Of a DNA stretch of 64,000 bases, positions 51,709 through 63,500 are shown piece after piece (within the stretch, counting starts at the first letter, position 1; every line of letters starts with the position of its first letter). Where the stretch lies: assembly GCA_964016885.1 (NCBI GenBank), contig OZ024743.1, forward strand, positions 377,766,001 to 377,830,000, read 5' to 3'. This DNA is from Eledone cirrhosa (lineage: Eukaryota). The notes beneath the pieces were generated by a model that was not told the origin of the DNA, ran no database searches, and saw nothing but the letters and a program-made list of their open reading frames with translations. Both the position numbers and the translations under genes were made by a program.

Positions 51709-52095
51709 AATGTAGGAGGTGAGTTTTATTGTAGCACAATAAAGCTATGCAAATATCGGATAAGTAGCACTCAACAGTTTATTGGACTGGAGTATATATA
51801 AGAAGAAATTAAAAGATGGTTAAAAAAGTTCCATGTATTTTATTATGCGCATTTCAAAAACAAATATCATCCTGGGACGATATTTGCGTTCTCATCAGAT
51901 GAAGGTAGTGTCTAATCAACGTTGATTAGACACTACCTTGCTCACAAGTGTTTTTTTTTTTAAGCTTCATATCATCTCTCCCTATTTTATCTGATGAGAA
52001 CACAAATATCGTCCCAGGATGATATTTGTTTTTGAAATGCGCATAATAAAATACATGGAACTTTTTTAACCATCTTTTAATTTCTTCTTATACAT
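51709..52095. mobile_element. Fold-back element H (about 105-bp arms; tail on the left; intact hammerhead overlapping the right arm)
   Basis: 51794-51900 is the reverse complement of 51989-52095; internal perfect 38-bp palindrome at 51902-51939. Confidence 0.8.
51983..52053 (+). ncRNA. Type I hammerhead ribozyme with intact core; predicted cleavage after AUA at 52045
   Basis: Stem I TATTTTAT/ATAAAATA; CTGATGA; long stem II ACAAATATCGTCC/GGATGATATTTGT; GAAA; palindromic stem III TGCGCA; TA. Confidence 0.8.
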
Positions 52096-52110
52096 ATATA
52101 TATATATATG

Positions 52111-52473
52111 TGTTGTGTAGAGAGAAGGAGAGCAATAGGTTATAATGGTTGACGAGCTTTTGGTTGTTATGCTGGTGTAGTCTGTGGCCAGAGAAGGTGA
52201 GTAGTCTGCAGACCAGGAGAGAGAGAAAAAGATCTATAGAAATATGTAGACCTCTGTAGACCCCAAGGGGTCTGTAGAAAGTGAATGTTTCACATAGTTA
52301 CTTTCTCGTGTACTGCTCCGAGGTGTTTTTGATTGGTCTGATACAGGCTATTTATATCTGTCGCCTCGAGGAATCATCGCCCATGCATAGACTTGTTTAT
52401 CCGAAAAGGAGGTGACCCAGAATTTTACCTTTCTGTGTCACCCAGGGTTCAAGGTGTGGACAGATTTCGCTAC

Positions 52474-52474
<1 letters not shown>
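52111..52474 (-). mobile_element. Probable solo LTR inserted in (TA)n
   Basis: Minus strand begins TGTAGCGAAA and ends CACAACA (TG...CA), with internal TATAAATA. Confidence 0.45.
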
Positions 52475-52508
<34 letters not shown>

Positions 52509-52554
52509 TAAACAGGTATATAGATAAATGCATGTATATATATATATATATATA

Positions 52555-53160
52555 CTAGTAGTGGTACCCGGCGTTGCATGGGATAAGGTATTTTGGAACG
52601 CGGGCTGCCAACAGACCTAATCATGGAAAAACTGCATGCCTGGACAATATGTAAAGAAAATAAACCGAATACTCTGATGGCTGGATAATCTTTAAGATTT
52701 TCCTCGATGAAGCAGGAAAAATGCAGGTTTTCACCTAATGCAGGCCTTAGGGGATCAAGAAAATGAATTTTTTTTAAGTGCATAATATGCCTTCAAATTT
52801 TTGGAAAATCGGCTAGACGTAACGCCTCAAAAAAGCCCTAAAAGCTGAAAAAATGAAGTTTTTCGCCTAATGCGGGACCTAGGCCATAAAAAAGTTGGAT
52901 TTTCTTTGCTCACGGTATGAAGAAGAGACTAACTAATACATAGTTACAATTTCAAGGAAATCGGTCTGACGTGACACCTCAAAAAACCCTATAAAACTGA
53001 AAAAACGCAGTTTCACCTAATGCGAGCCCATATTACTTATGTTTCACTCCCTGAAACATAAGTAATACACATGTAAAGTTTGAAAGAAATCGGTTGGGCA
53101 CTTCTCGAGTTTTAGGGATTCAAACTCACACACACACATCCTCAGTTTTATATATATAGA
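52555..53160 (-). mobile_element. Non-autonomous Helitron-like element (second family)
   Basis: Minus strand A|TCTATATATATAAAAC ... GCCGGGTACCACTACTAG|T; internal subrepeats. Confidence 0.6.
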
Positions 53161-53514
53161 TATGTGTGTGTAAATATGAATAACTGTGAGTCTAGTTTTG
53201 TGGTGGCCTATAAGTACTTTGTCTACACACATACACAGACATATATTTATAACTATATATATAGATATAGATAGCTATAGATATAATATGTGTATGTGTT
53301 TAATATTATTGTTTAATAAATGAGTTCTACAAGGCTAGAACTTTTTTATAAAGAACAGTTCTAACCCTGTAGAAGCCATTTCTATATTTTAAAATGTTTA
53401 CACTCTACTAATGTTTTGAGTACCATTTTTAATTGTGTTTACCCCCCGATTTTACTCGTGATCTATACACACACACGCACGCACACATAAATAAATAAAT
53501 AAATATATATATAT

Positions 53515-55850
53515 AAAAGGGAAGCAGAGGATAGAAAGTTCAAGCATGTTCTACAACGTGAGGACCAAAAACGCGTGGTGTTCAGGATTGCTAGACAATG
53601 TGTCAAGGAAAACCGTGATATTGTCGGGGAGAAGTGTGTCTGTAATGATAACGGTGTACTTGCCCTCACAGATACTGATAAGAAGATAGCCTGGAAGTGT
53701 CACTACGAGAGACTATTAAATGAGGAGAATAAGTGGGAAAAAGATAGTCTGCCCCAAATCGATCCAATAGAAGGACCAGCACTGCAAGTTAAAGGTAGTA
53801 TAATAAGTAAGGCAATCAAAGATATGAAGACAGGCAAAGCAGCTGGGCCTTCGGAGATAGTTGCTGAGATGTTGAAGGCATCTGGAATGGTGGGACATAC
53901 TATGGTCACCCGTATAGTTAATCAAGTAATACAGAATGGGGTCATACCAAAAGACTGGCGTAGCAGCATCATCATTAACTGTTACAAGGGTAAAGGAGAT
54001 GCTCTAGATAGAGGAAACTATGGAGGCATTAAGTTAGTTGACCAGGTCATGAAGGTCACAGAATGAGTTATAGCGCAACTAATCAGAGAGTGAATTGATC
54101 TAGATGAAATGCAGTTTGGGTTTGTGTCAGGTAAAAGTACCACAGACGCTCTTTTCCTTGTACAACAACTACAAGAGAAATACCTAGCTAAAAGTAAACC
54201 CCTCTACTTAGCTTTTGTAGACCTGGAAAAAGCCTTTGACAGAGTCCCCCGCTCCATTATCTGGTGGGCTCTTAGAAAACTAGGTGGAGATGAATGGCTT
54301 GTGAGAGCTATACAAGCTATGTATAATGAAACAGTCAGTAAGGTTAGAATTAACAATGAATATTGTGAAGAATTTAGTGTAAAAGTTGGTGTTCACCAAG
54401 GCTTTGTCCTTAGCCCCCTCCTATTTATTATTGCCCTTCAGGCTATAACAGAGGAGTTCAAGACCGGCTGCCCATGAGAACTCCTATACGCAGATGATCT
54501 AACGCTCATAGCTGAATCAATGCCTGAACTCGAAAAGAAATTCCAAACATGGAAGCATGGCCTAGAATCAAAAGGCCTTAAAGTTAACTTGTCTAAGACT
54601 AAAGTTCTAGTTTGTAGGAAGGAAAATAGGGCACCGGTCCCATCAGGGAAATGGCCTTGCTCAGTGTGTAGCAAAGGAGTAGGCAAAAATTCAATTTTAT
54701 GTCCCAAAAGCAAAGTATGGATACATAAAAGATGTAGTGGGATCACAGGTAAACTATCTAAGAACGTAGACTTTATATGTGGCCGATGCTCAGGTTAAAT
54801 AGGTAGCAAGTGTCCACAGGATACTAGCTCCTTCTATTGCCCAGATGGTTCTATAGAAATAGTAGACACTTTCCGTTACCTGGGTGACGAAATCAGCAGT
54901 GGTGGAGGGTGTTCTGAAAGTACAGTAGCCAGAGTCAGAACGGGATGGAAAAAGTTCAGAGAGCTTATAACACTGTTGACCACAAAAGGTTTCTCTCTAA
55001 AAATGAAAGGCAGATTGTATGATGCCTGTATACGAACAGCAATGCTACATGGCAGTGAGATATGGGCATTGCATGCAGAGGACCTGCGTAGACTGGAAAG
55101 GAACGAAGCATGCATGCTCCGTTGGATGTGTAATAGTAATATACGTGAACGGCAAAGCATAAATGAACTAAGTGAGAAATTAGGAATAAGAGGGATCAGA
55201 TGCTGTTTACTCGAGAGAAGACTACGTTGGTATGGCCACGTGATGCGCATGAAAGACGACAGCTGTATAAAAAAGTGCAGGGCAATCAAAATTGATGGTA
55301 GTTACAGAGTAGGTAGACCCAGAAAAACCTGGGACGATCTGATAAATTCCGACCTTACACACTTGCACCTCTCTAAGACAATGTCACTGGACCGAGATCT
55401 TTGGTGCTACGCAGTAATACAGAAGACCCGCCTTGCCTATGTACAAAGCGAAACCTAGAGTCAGTAGGCACCTCTTAACCAAATATACACCCCAATCCAC
55501 TACCGCTATCCTATCCTCCCACTCCCACCAACACCACCCTCTCTTTATAAAGTTGGTACCACAACATCCAGTCCAAATAAATGAGATGGAGATCGTGTAG
55601 GTGTCACGAGAAAAAAAACACACAGTCCACGCTGTAATGTGGCCATGTAGGTAACACGGTAAAAAGTTCCCAGTTCCACACTGTAAATGTGGTTGGTATT
55701 AGGAAGGGCATCCAACTGTAGAAAACCTGCCAGATAGTCCTATATGAGCGAGACACGGTCACCCGACCAACCTTGCCTCAAGTGCCACAACTCCCATCTA
55801 ACTCATGCTAGCGTGGAAAATGGATGTTAAACGAAGATGATGATGATGAT
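53515..55850 (+). mobile_element. 5'-truncated RTE LINE: RT, PHD-like finger, C-terminus, 3' UTR and (GAT)n tail
   Basis: KAAGP, YKGKGD, QFGF, AFVDLEKAFD, GVHQG.VLSPLLF, LLYADD, FRYLG, RLRWYGHV, GRPRKTW all in one reading frame, broken only by stops at 54064, 54091, 54475 and 54796. Confidence 0.95.
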
Positions 55851-55980
55851 ATATATACACATATACATAGATTCCTGCTGTTTGAATACTGGCACTTTAG
55901 GTCGGATCTAGCTTTCGAAACGGCTGGAGCCGTTATATATGTATATATGAATCTTTTCATATATACATATTTATATACAC

Positions 55981-56175
55981 ACAAGAGTCAGCTGAAAGGT
56001 TCATAGGCTGACCAAGATACTCTCCTGAATGACCAAATGAGGTTTATTTTTCGACATAGTCCCTAGAAAGAAACAATGCAGTTATTAAATTGAAGAGTTG
56101 AAAGTAATGTATGGAAGATTCCTCAGCTCCAGCATCAAACCTTATGGTCAGCCTATGAACTTTTCAGCCTCCACA

Positions 56176-56176
<1 letters not shown>
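55981..56176. mobile_element. Mariner-like MITE
   Basis: Inverted repeats GCTGAAAGGTTCATAGGCTGACCA / TGGTCAGCCTATGAACTTTTCAGC. Confidence 0.6.
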
Positions 56177-56223
<47 letters not shown>

Positions 56224-58728
56224 TCCATCCATCCATCGTGACAGAGAATATAAAGTAAGACCAGAAAGTAGTAGGGGCACAGAGAAGAAAAAGAAATAGT
56301 CATTGAGGATGTCGCAGTAGTCATGACGAACTGACTAATAATGGTTAATAAAGCTGAAATGAAACTCAAGTTGTGTTTATTGGTAAAGTTGGCAATATGA
56401 CCTTCCCCAGTCGGGCTGAGAAGGCTAAACTCTCCAAGTACCGGTCGCTCTCTGACAGGTTCGCAGTCGTGCCCTTGACAGTGGAGACTTCTGGTGTCCT
56501 TAGCTCTAGGGCTACCTCCCTACTCACCACCATAGGTGCTGAACTGGCCAGCCGCAGGTGTGAGTCTCGCAAGCTGGAATGACTCTTCCAGCACATCTCC
56601 CTTCCCATCCTCCGGGGAAACGCCTTCTCCAGTCTGTCCACTAGGGCTGTGGGGAGGCCAGCACCAGGACCCCATTTGCTCACCGTACGGAGAGATGGGG
56701 AGAGAGAGAGAGATGGAGGCGATGACAGTTCGGCTGTTCTTTCATGTTTACTTAGGATACTATTTTATACCATGTTTTTTAAAGCAAGCGTAAAGCTAAA
56801 AGCTGGATTGGCAATATCAGTAGAGACTGCTGAGATGCTGGTTGGGGGTTCAATCTTAGCCCAGTTCTTATCTCACAGACATGCTCACACACACAGACAC
56901 ACCATGTTCAAACACAGACATGCTCATGCAGACATCCACACACTGGGGGTTAGCTCTCAGCCTGGTTCTTAGCTCATACTTCCTCTCTCACAAACATGCT
57001 CATGCACACAGATACATGCACATTCACAGACAATCTCACACAGACTCACTTGCACTCACACACACAGTCTCATGGACAGACACACTCACGCATGCATGCA
57101 CGGACACACATGCATGCATGCATGCACGGACACACATGCACAGACATGCACTCATGCACACACAGGCACATGTACATGGCCTGGATCTAAAGAGGTGGGG
57201 TTTGACTAAACTTTTTCACTTTTTTGCGTGTGACAATGCATGTCTGCTTGTGAGTGTGCATGTGTGAGCGTCTCTGTCTGTGTGTCAGTGTGTGTGAGCA
57301 TGTGTGTGTCTGTTTTCCTTATATATATATATGTATGTATGTTTATATGCATGCAAGTATGTATGTACATACATGCGTATGTATGTACATGCATATGTAT
57401 TTATATATGTATGTTTGTATGTAACTTTGTATATATATATGCTCTATCAGTGCTGTGTATTTTTTGTTGCTCTCAAAACCTTAACCCTTTCGTTACCATA
57501 TTTCTAATGAAAGACACTGCCTTTGATTTTCAAATAACTTTACAAACAATCGAGAACCCTGAAGGATTTAGTTATAATTTATTTGTCCATTTTTCCATGC
57601 TTGCACTGGTTTGAAGTGCAGAACTCATTCTGGTTTCATAGATGTTAAGCAACTGAGAGTACTGACACTTTACATGACAGACAATGCCGGATTTAGGACA
57701 AATGAGGCCCTGTGCTAGTTCAGTTATGAGGCCCGTTACTTGGGCCCTGAAGAAGGTAAAAATGTTTTTGGCAGGAAGATGGGTCCATCCCTGGCGAACG
57801 GAGCCCTGTGCTTAAGCACACCCAGGCACAATGGTAAATCCAGCACTGAAAACAGAACACCATTTCATCACCAGGCTAACATCCAGTCGCCACCAGTATT
57901 CATTTTCAGCTAAGTGAACTGGAATAATGTGAAAAGAAGTGCCTTGCTCAAGGGCACAATGTGCCATCTGTTCTGGAGATTGAACCCATGACCTTAGTCA
58001 CTAGGTCACATGCTATCACTGGGATTTAGTGAAATAACTAAATATCTCATCATTAATCTAATATTTGAGACATAATTTAACAAAGATTCTTACATAAATG
58101 ATGATGCAATTTTTTTTTTTTTTCTTTATAAACAACCCAGTCAAAACTGGCGCTGGTCCTATGACCCCCCCCCCCCCATTTCAAACAATTCCTACATTAA
58201 TCTGTACCTTCCAGCCTGATATTATACAAGAACCATATTTTAAGTTATTATATTAGGAATTAATTAATCATTTGAGTAAATTCTTCAAAATTCTGCACTA
58301 ATTAATTGAAATAGAGTATATTTCATTATAAATACGGTACTGAAAGGGTTAAAATAAACACTTTTGTATCATAGATATAAACACTGTTGTATCATATATA
58401 CAAACAGTGTTGTATCATAGATATAGGTTGGTATATCAAAAATGAGATTCAACATGGCACAGAGTTATAATTTATTATAAGGGTGGTTATTTGAATAACT
58501 AGAATAAATTCACTGGGCTTCCAAATAGTTTTCATTTATCCAACTTCATTCATGAGGTTTTGATCAACCTGGGTTGTTTAGATAGATATAAACACTTTGA
58601 AATAAACAATGTTGTATTGTAGAAGCAAGGATGGTTTCAGGCAGGCTGATATCAAAAGGATTATGCTTCCATTTATGAATTATTTGAATGTACTAAATCT
58701 ATTATCTCAATTCTACTTAACTTTTTAG

Positions 58729-58880
58729 TGGCATTACCACTTCCGTTGATGTATCTTTACATTGAGCCAACTAAGAAAGGATTCTTTTGCAACGACCAAT
58801 CCTTACGTTATCCATACAAGCCAGATACAATATCAACAAATTTCCTCTACTTGGCTGCTTGTCTAATTCCATTGGTGCTG
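58729..58880 (+). CDS. PAP2/PLPP coding exon 2 (ALPLPLMYLYIEPTKKGFFCNDQSLRYPYKPDTISTNFLYLAACLIPLVL); gene continues beyond the window
   Basis: P...GFFCND.SL.YPYK.DTI is the PLPP1-3/wunen signature; CTTTTTAG acceptor, GTGAGT donor; 152 nt. Confidence 0.92.
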
Positions 58881-60034
58881 GTGAGTTTGTTTGTTTTTTT
58901 ATTTCCTGATAATTCATCTCAAATCATATTTCCTACTTCTAAATAATTCTATCTGTTTTAAAATTTACAATGAAATCTGAACTGTCATTAAAATGAAATT
59001 GTATTTAACCCTTTTGCATTTAAACCGGCGATATTCGGCCAGAATTCTCTCACTTCTTTCTGTTCAAACAGGCCATAACCGGCCACTTATACCAATGTTA
59101 AGATATTGTTTTCAAAATAAATAACATCATCAAAATTTCGTAGATTCGATATTATGTGAGATAATTGTGTGAGCTAAAGCCTTTACCACAAAGATTAAAT
59201 AGTAATGTAAATGCTCAAGGACTAATCATTAAAAATTTTTCTTTTCTTTTTGTTTTAGTTTTCAACATCAACACTATTACCATCATCATTCTCATCATCA
59301 ACATCCTCACCATCATCACCACTACCATCATCATCAGCATCATCACTCTCATTATTTTATATCTACTCCTCCATGCTGGCATGGGTTAGATGGGACGTTT
59401 TGAGGCAATGCTTTACAGCTACATGTCCTTCCTGATTCTAACCCTTTTAATTACTTCATAAGACACACAAGAATATATTATACATATTCTAAAAACTATG
59501 ATATACATGATAAGCCGGGATATTTATGATATCATATAGAAGTTCCATCATGAGCACATTTACAACTGTAAAAAATTAATGGTTCTCTTGAGTGAAAACA
59601 ATAGAAGCTGAGATAGCTTTATGGAATATTGTTGTACTTTATCAAATTTATTTACTTTAATCATTTCATTACCATATTTCTCATGAAACACATTGCTTAT
59701 GATTTTCAAATAAGTTTGAAAATAATCAAGAATTTTGAGAGATTTATTAATATAATTAGCTTTCTCATTATTAAGCTGGTAGGTCTTCTTTTTCTTCTTC
59801 CTTGGAATATAGGAGTCTACTGCTGGATATATCCCTCTTCAAGTTTCTTCCATTCCTTCCTAGCCATTGCCATTCTTGTCCAAACTGCTAAACTGGTTTT
59901 GTACCTCTCCTGATAGCCTTCATTTATTTTTTAATTTCATCCCTCCATCTTCTACTCTCTCTCTCTCATTCATCATAAACTATATTAATGTTAACTGTAA
60001 ACTGTATTAACATTCATTATCATTCTGATCGATC

Positions 60035-60225
60035 GGTGGATTGGTAGTATCGGTTGAGGGTCGGGCGCCATGCTTTGACGCATAGAGTTACGGCACTTGC
60101 CATTCTGAGTTCAAATCTCGCCGAGGTTAACTTTGCCTTTCATCCTTACGGGGGTCGATAAAATAAAGTACCAGTAATGCACTGGGTAATTGCTGGCCTT
60201 GTGCCAAAAAGTAGAAACAATTATT
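60035..60225 (+). mobile_element. SINE family 2 copy with 13-bp TSD
   Basis: TSD ATTCTGATCGATC at 60022-60034 and 60226-60238; A and B boxes present. Confidence 0.85.
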
Positions 60226-60509
60226 ATTCTGATCGATCAACAAGTTCCAAGACCTCATTCACTTGCCGAGTGGGGTGGACTTCATCAAATCGGACCAAGG
60301 AATAAATGCTTCCATTGGTTTTGCTATTTCTGATACTATCTACTAGTCGCAGCTCCTGGCAGAAGGAGCAACATGAAATAAAGTGTCTTGCTCAAGGACA
60401 CAAAACATCACCTGGTCCAAGAATTGAATTCACAACCTTAAGTTTGCAAATCCAACTCTCTAACCACAAAGCCACGTGCCTTCACAACATTCATTATAAA
60501 CTGTAGTAG

Positions 60510-63500
60510 CAATGTTCACTCTAAACTGTGTTAATGTTCAATGTAAACTGTGTTAATGTTAACTGTAAACTGTGTTAATGTTAACTGTAAACTGTGTCAA
60601 TGTTAACTGTGAACTGTGTTAGTGTTAACTGTAAATTGTGTCGATGTTAACTGTAAACTGTGTCAATGTTAACTCTAAACTGTGTCAACGTTAACTGTAA
60701 ACTGTGTCAATGTTAACTCTAAACTCTGTCAATGTTAACTGTAAACTGTGTCAATGTTAACTCTAAACTGTGTCAATGTTAACTGTAACCTGTGTCAATG
60801 TTAACTGTATACTGTGTCAATGTTAACTGTAAACTGTGTCAATGTTAACTGTAAACTGTGTCAATGTTAACTCTAAACTGTGTCAATGTTAACTGTAAAC
60901 TGTGTCAATGTTAAATGTAAACTGTGTCAATGTTAACTGTAAACTGTGTTAATGTTAACTCTAAACTGTGTCAATGTTAACTCTAAACTGTGTCAATGTT
61001 AACTCTAAACTGTGTCAATGTTAACTGTAAACTGTGTCAATGTTAACTCTAAACTGTGTCAATGTTAACTCTAAACTGTGTCAATGTTAACTGTAAACTG
61101 TGTCAATGTTAACTGTAAACTGTGTCAATGTTAACTGTAATCTGTGTCAATGTTAACTCTAAACTGTGTCAATGTTAACTGTAAACTGGGTTAATGTTAA
61201 CTGTAAACTGTGTCAATGTTAACTGTAAACTGGGTCAATGTTAACTGTAAACTGTGTCAATGTTAACTCTAAACTGTGTTAATGTTAACTGTAAACTGTG
61301 TTAATGTTAACTGTAAACTGTGTCAATGTTAACTGTAAAGTGTGTCAATGTTAACTGTAAACTGTGTCAATGTTAACTGTAAATTGTGTCAATGTTAACT
61401 GTAAACTGTGTCAATGTTAACTGTAAACTGTGTTAATGTTAACTGTAAGATGTGTCAATGTTAACTGTAAACTGTGTCAATGTTGACTGTAAACTGCGTT
61501 AATGTTAACTCTAAAATGTGTTAATGTTAACTGTAAACTGTGTCAATGTTAACTGTAAACTGGGTCAATGTTGACTGTAAACTGTGTTAATGTTAACTCT
61601 AAACGGTGTTAATGTTAACTGTAAACTATGTTAATGTTAACTGTAAACTGTGTTAATGTTAACTGTAAACTGTGTCAATGTTAACTGTAAACTGTGTCAA
61701 TGTTAACTGTAAACTGGGTCAATGTTAACTGTAAACTGTGTCAATGTTGACTGTAAACTGCGTTAATGTTAACTCTAAACTGTGTTAATGTTAACTGTAA
61801 ACTGTGTCAATGTTAACTGTAAACTGTGTCAATGTTAACTGTAAACTGGGTCAATGTTAACTGTAAACTGTGTTAATGTTAACTCTAAACGGTGTTAATG
61901 TTAACTGTAAACTATGTTAATGTTAACTGTAAACTGTGTTAATGTTAACTGTAAACTGTGTCAATGTTAACTGTAAACTGGGTCAATGTTAACTGTAAAC
62001 TGTGTTAATGTTAACTCTAAACGGTGTTAATGTTAACTGTAAACTATGTTAATGTTAACTGTAAACGGTGACAATGTTAACTGTAAACTGTGTCAATGTT
62101 AACTGTAAACTGTGTTAATGTTAACTGTAAACTGTGTTAATGTTAACTCTAAACTGTGTTAATGTTAACTCTAAACTGTGTTAATGTTAACTGTAAACTG
62201 TGTCAATGTTAACTCTAAATTGTGTCAATGTTAACTGTTAACTGTGTCAATGTTAACTGTAAATTGTGTCAATGTTAACTTAAACTGTGTCAATGTTAAC
62301 TGTAAACTGTGTTAATGTTAACTGTAAGCTGTGTCAATGTTAACTGTAAACTGTGTCAATGTTGACTGTAAACTGTGTTAATGTTAACTCTAAACTGTGT
62401 TAATGTTAACTGTAAACTGTGTCAATGTTAACTGTAAACTGTGTCAATGTTAACTTAAACTGGGTCAATGTTAACTGTAAACTGTGTTAATGTTAACTCT
62501 AAACGGTGTTAATGTTAACTGTAAACTATGTTAATGTTAACTGTAAACTGTGACAATGTTAACTGTAAAATGTGTCAATGTTAACTCTAAACTGTGTTAA
62601 TGTTAACTGTAAACTGTGTTAATGTTAACTATAAACTGTGTTAATGTTAACTGTAAACTGTGTCAATGTTAACTGTAAACTGTGTTAATGTTAACTCTAA
62701 ACTGTGTCAATGTTAACTGTAAACTGTGTTAATGTTAACTGTAAACTGTGTCAATGTTAACTGTAAACTGTGTTAATGTTAACTGTAAACTGTGTCAATG
62801 TTAACTGTAAACTGTGTCGATGTTAACTGTGAACTGGGTCAATGTTAACTGTAAACTGTGTCAATATTAACTCTAAACTGTGTCAATGTTAACTGTTAAC
62901 TGTGTCAATGTTAACTGTAAACTGTGTTAATGTTAACTGTAAACTGTGTCAATGTTAACTGTAAAGTGTGTCAATGTTAACTGTAAACTGTGTCGATGTT
63001 AACTGTAAATTGTGTCAATGTTAACTGTAAACTGTGTCAATGTTAACTGTAAACTATGTTGATGTTAACTGTAAACTGTGTCAATGTTAACTCTAAACTG
63101 TGTCAATGTTAACTGTAAACTGTGTTAATGTTAACTCTAAACTGTGTTAATGTTAACTGTAAACTGTGTTAATGTTAACTGTAAACTGTGACAATGTTAA
63201 CTGTAAACTGGGTCAATGTTAACTCTAAACTGTGTCAATGTTAACTGTAAACTGTGTTAATGTTAACTGCAAACTATGTCGATGTTAACTGTAAACTGTG
63301 TTGATGTTAACTGTAAACTGTGTCAATGTTAACTGTAAACTGTGTCAATGTTAACTATAAACTGTGTCAATGTTAACTGTAAACTGTGTTAATGTTAACT
63401 GTAAACTGTGTCAATGTTAACTGTAAACTGCGTCAATGTTAACTGTAAACTGTGTCAATGTTAACTGTAAACTGTGTCAATGTTAACTGTAAACTGTCAA

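Noticed and set aside
54064-54477. Three in-frame TGA codons in the RTE ORF as programmed readthrough
   Set aside because: They fit ordinary CGA-to-TGA and TGG-to-TGA decay, the copy at 1-740 has TGG at the matching CxWELLYADD site, and a TAA is also present
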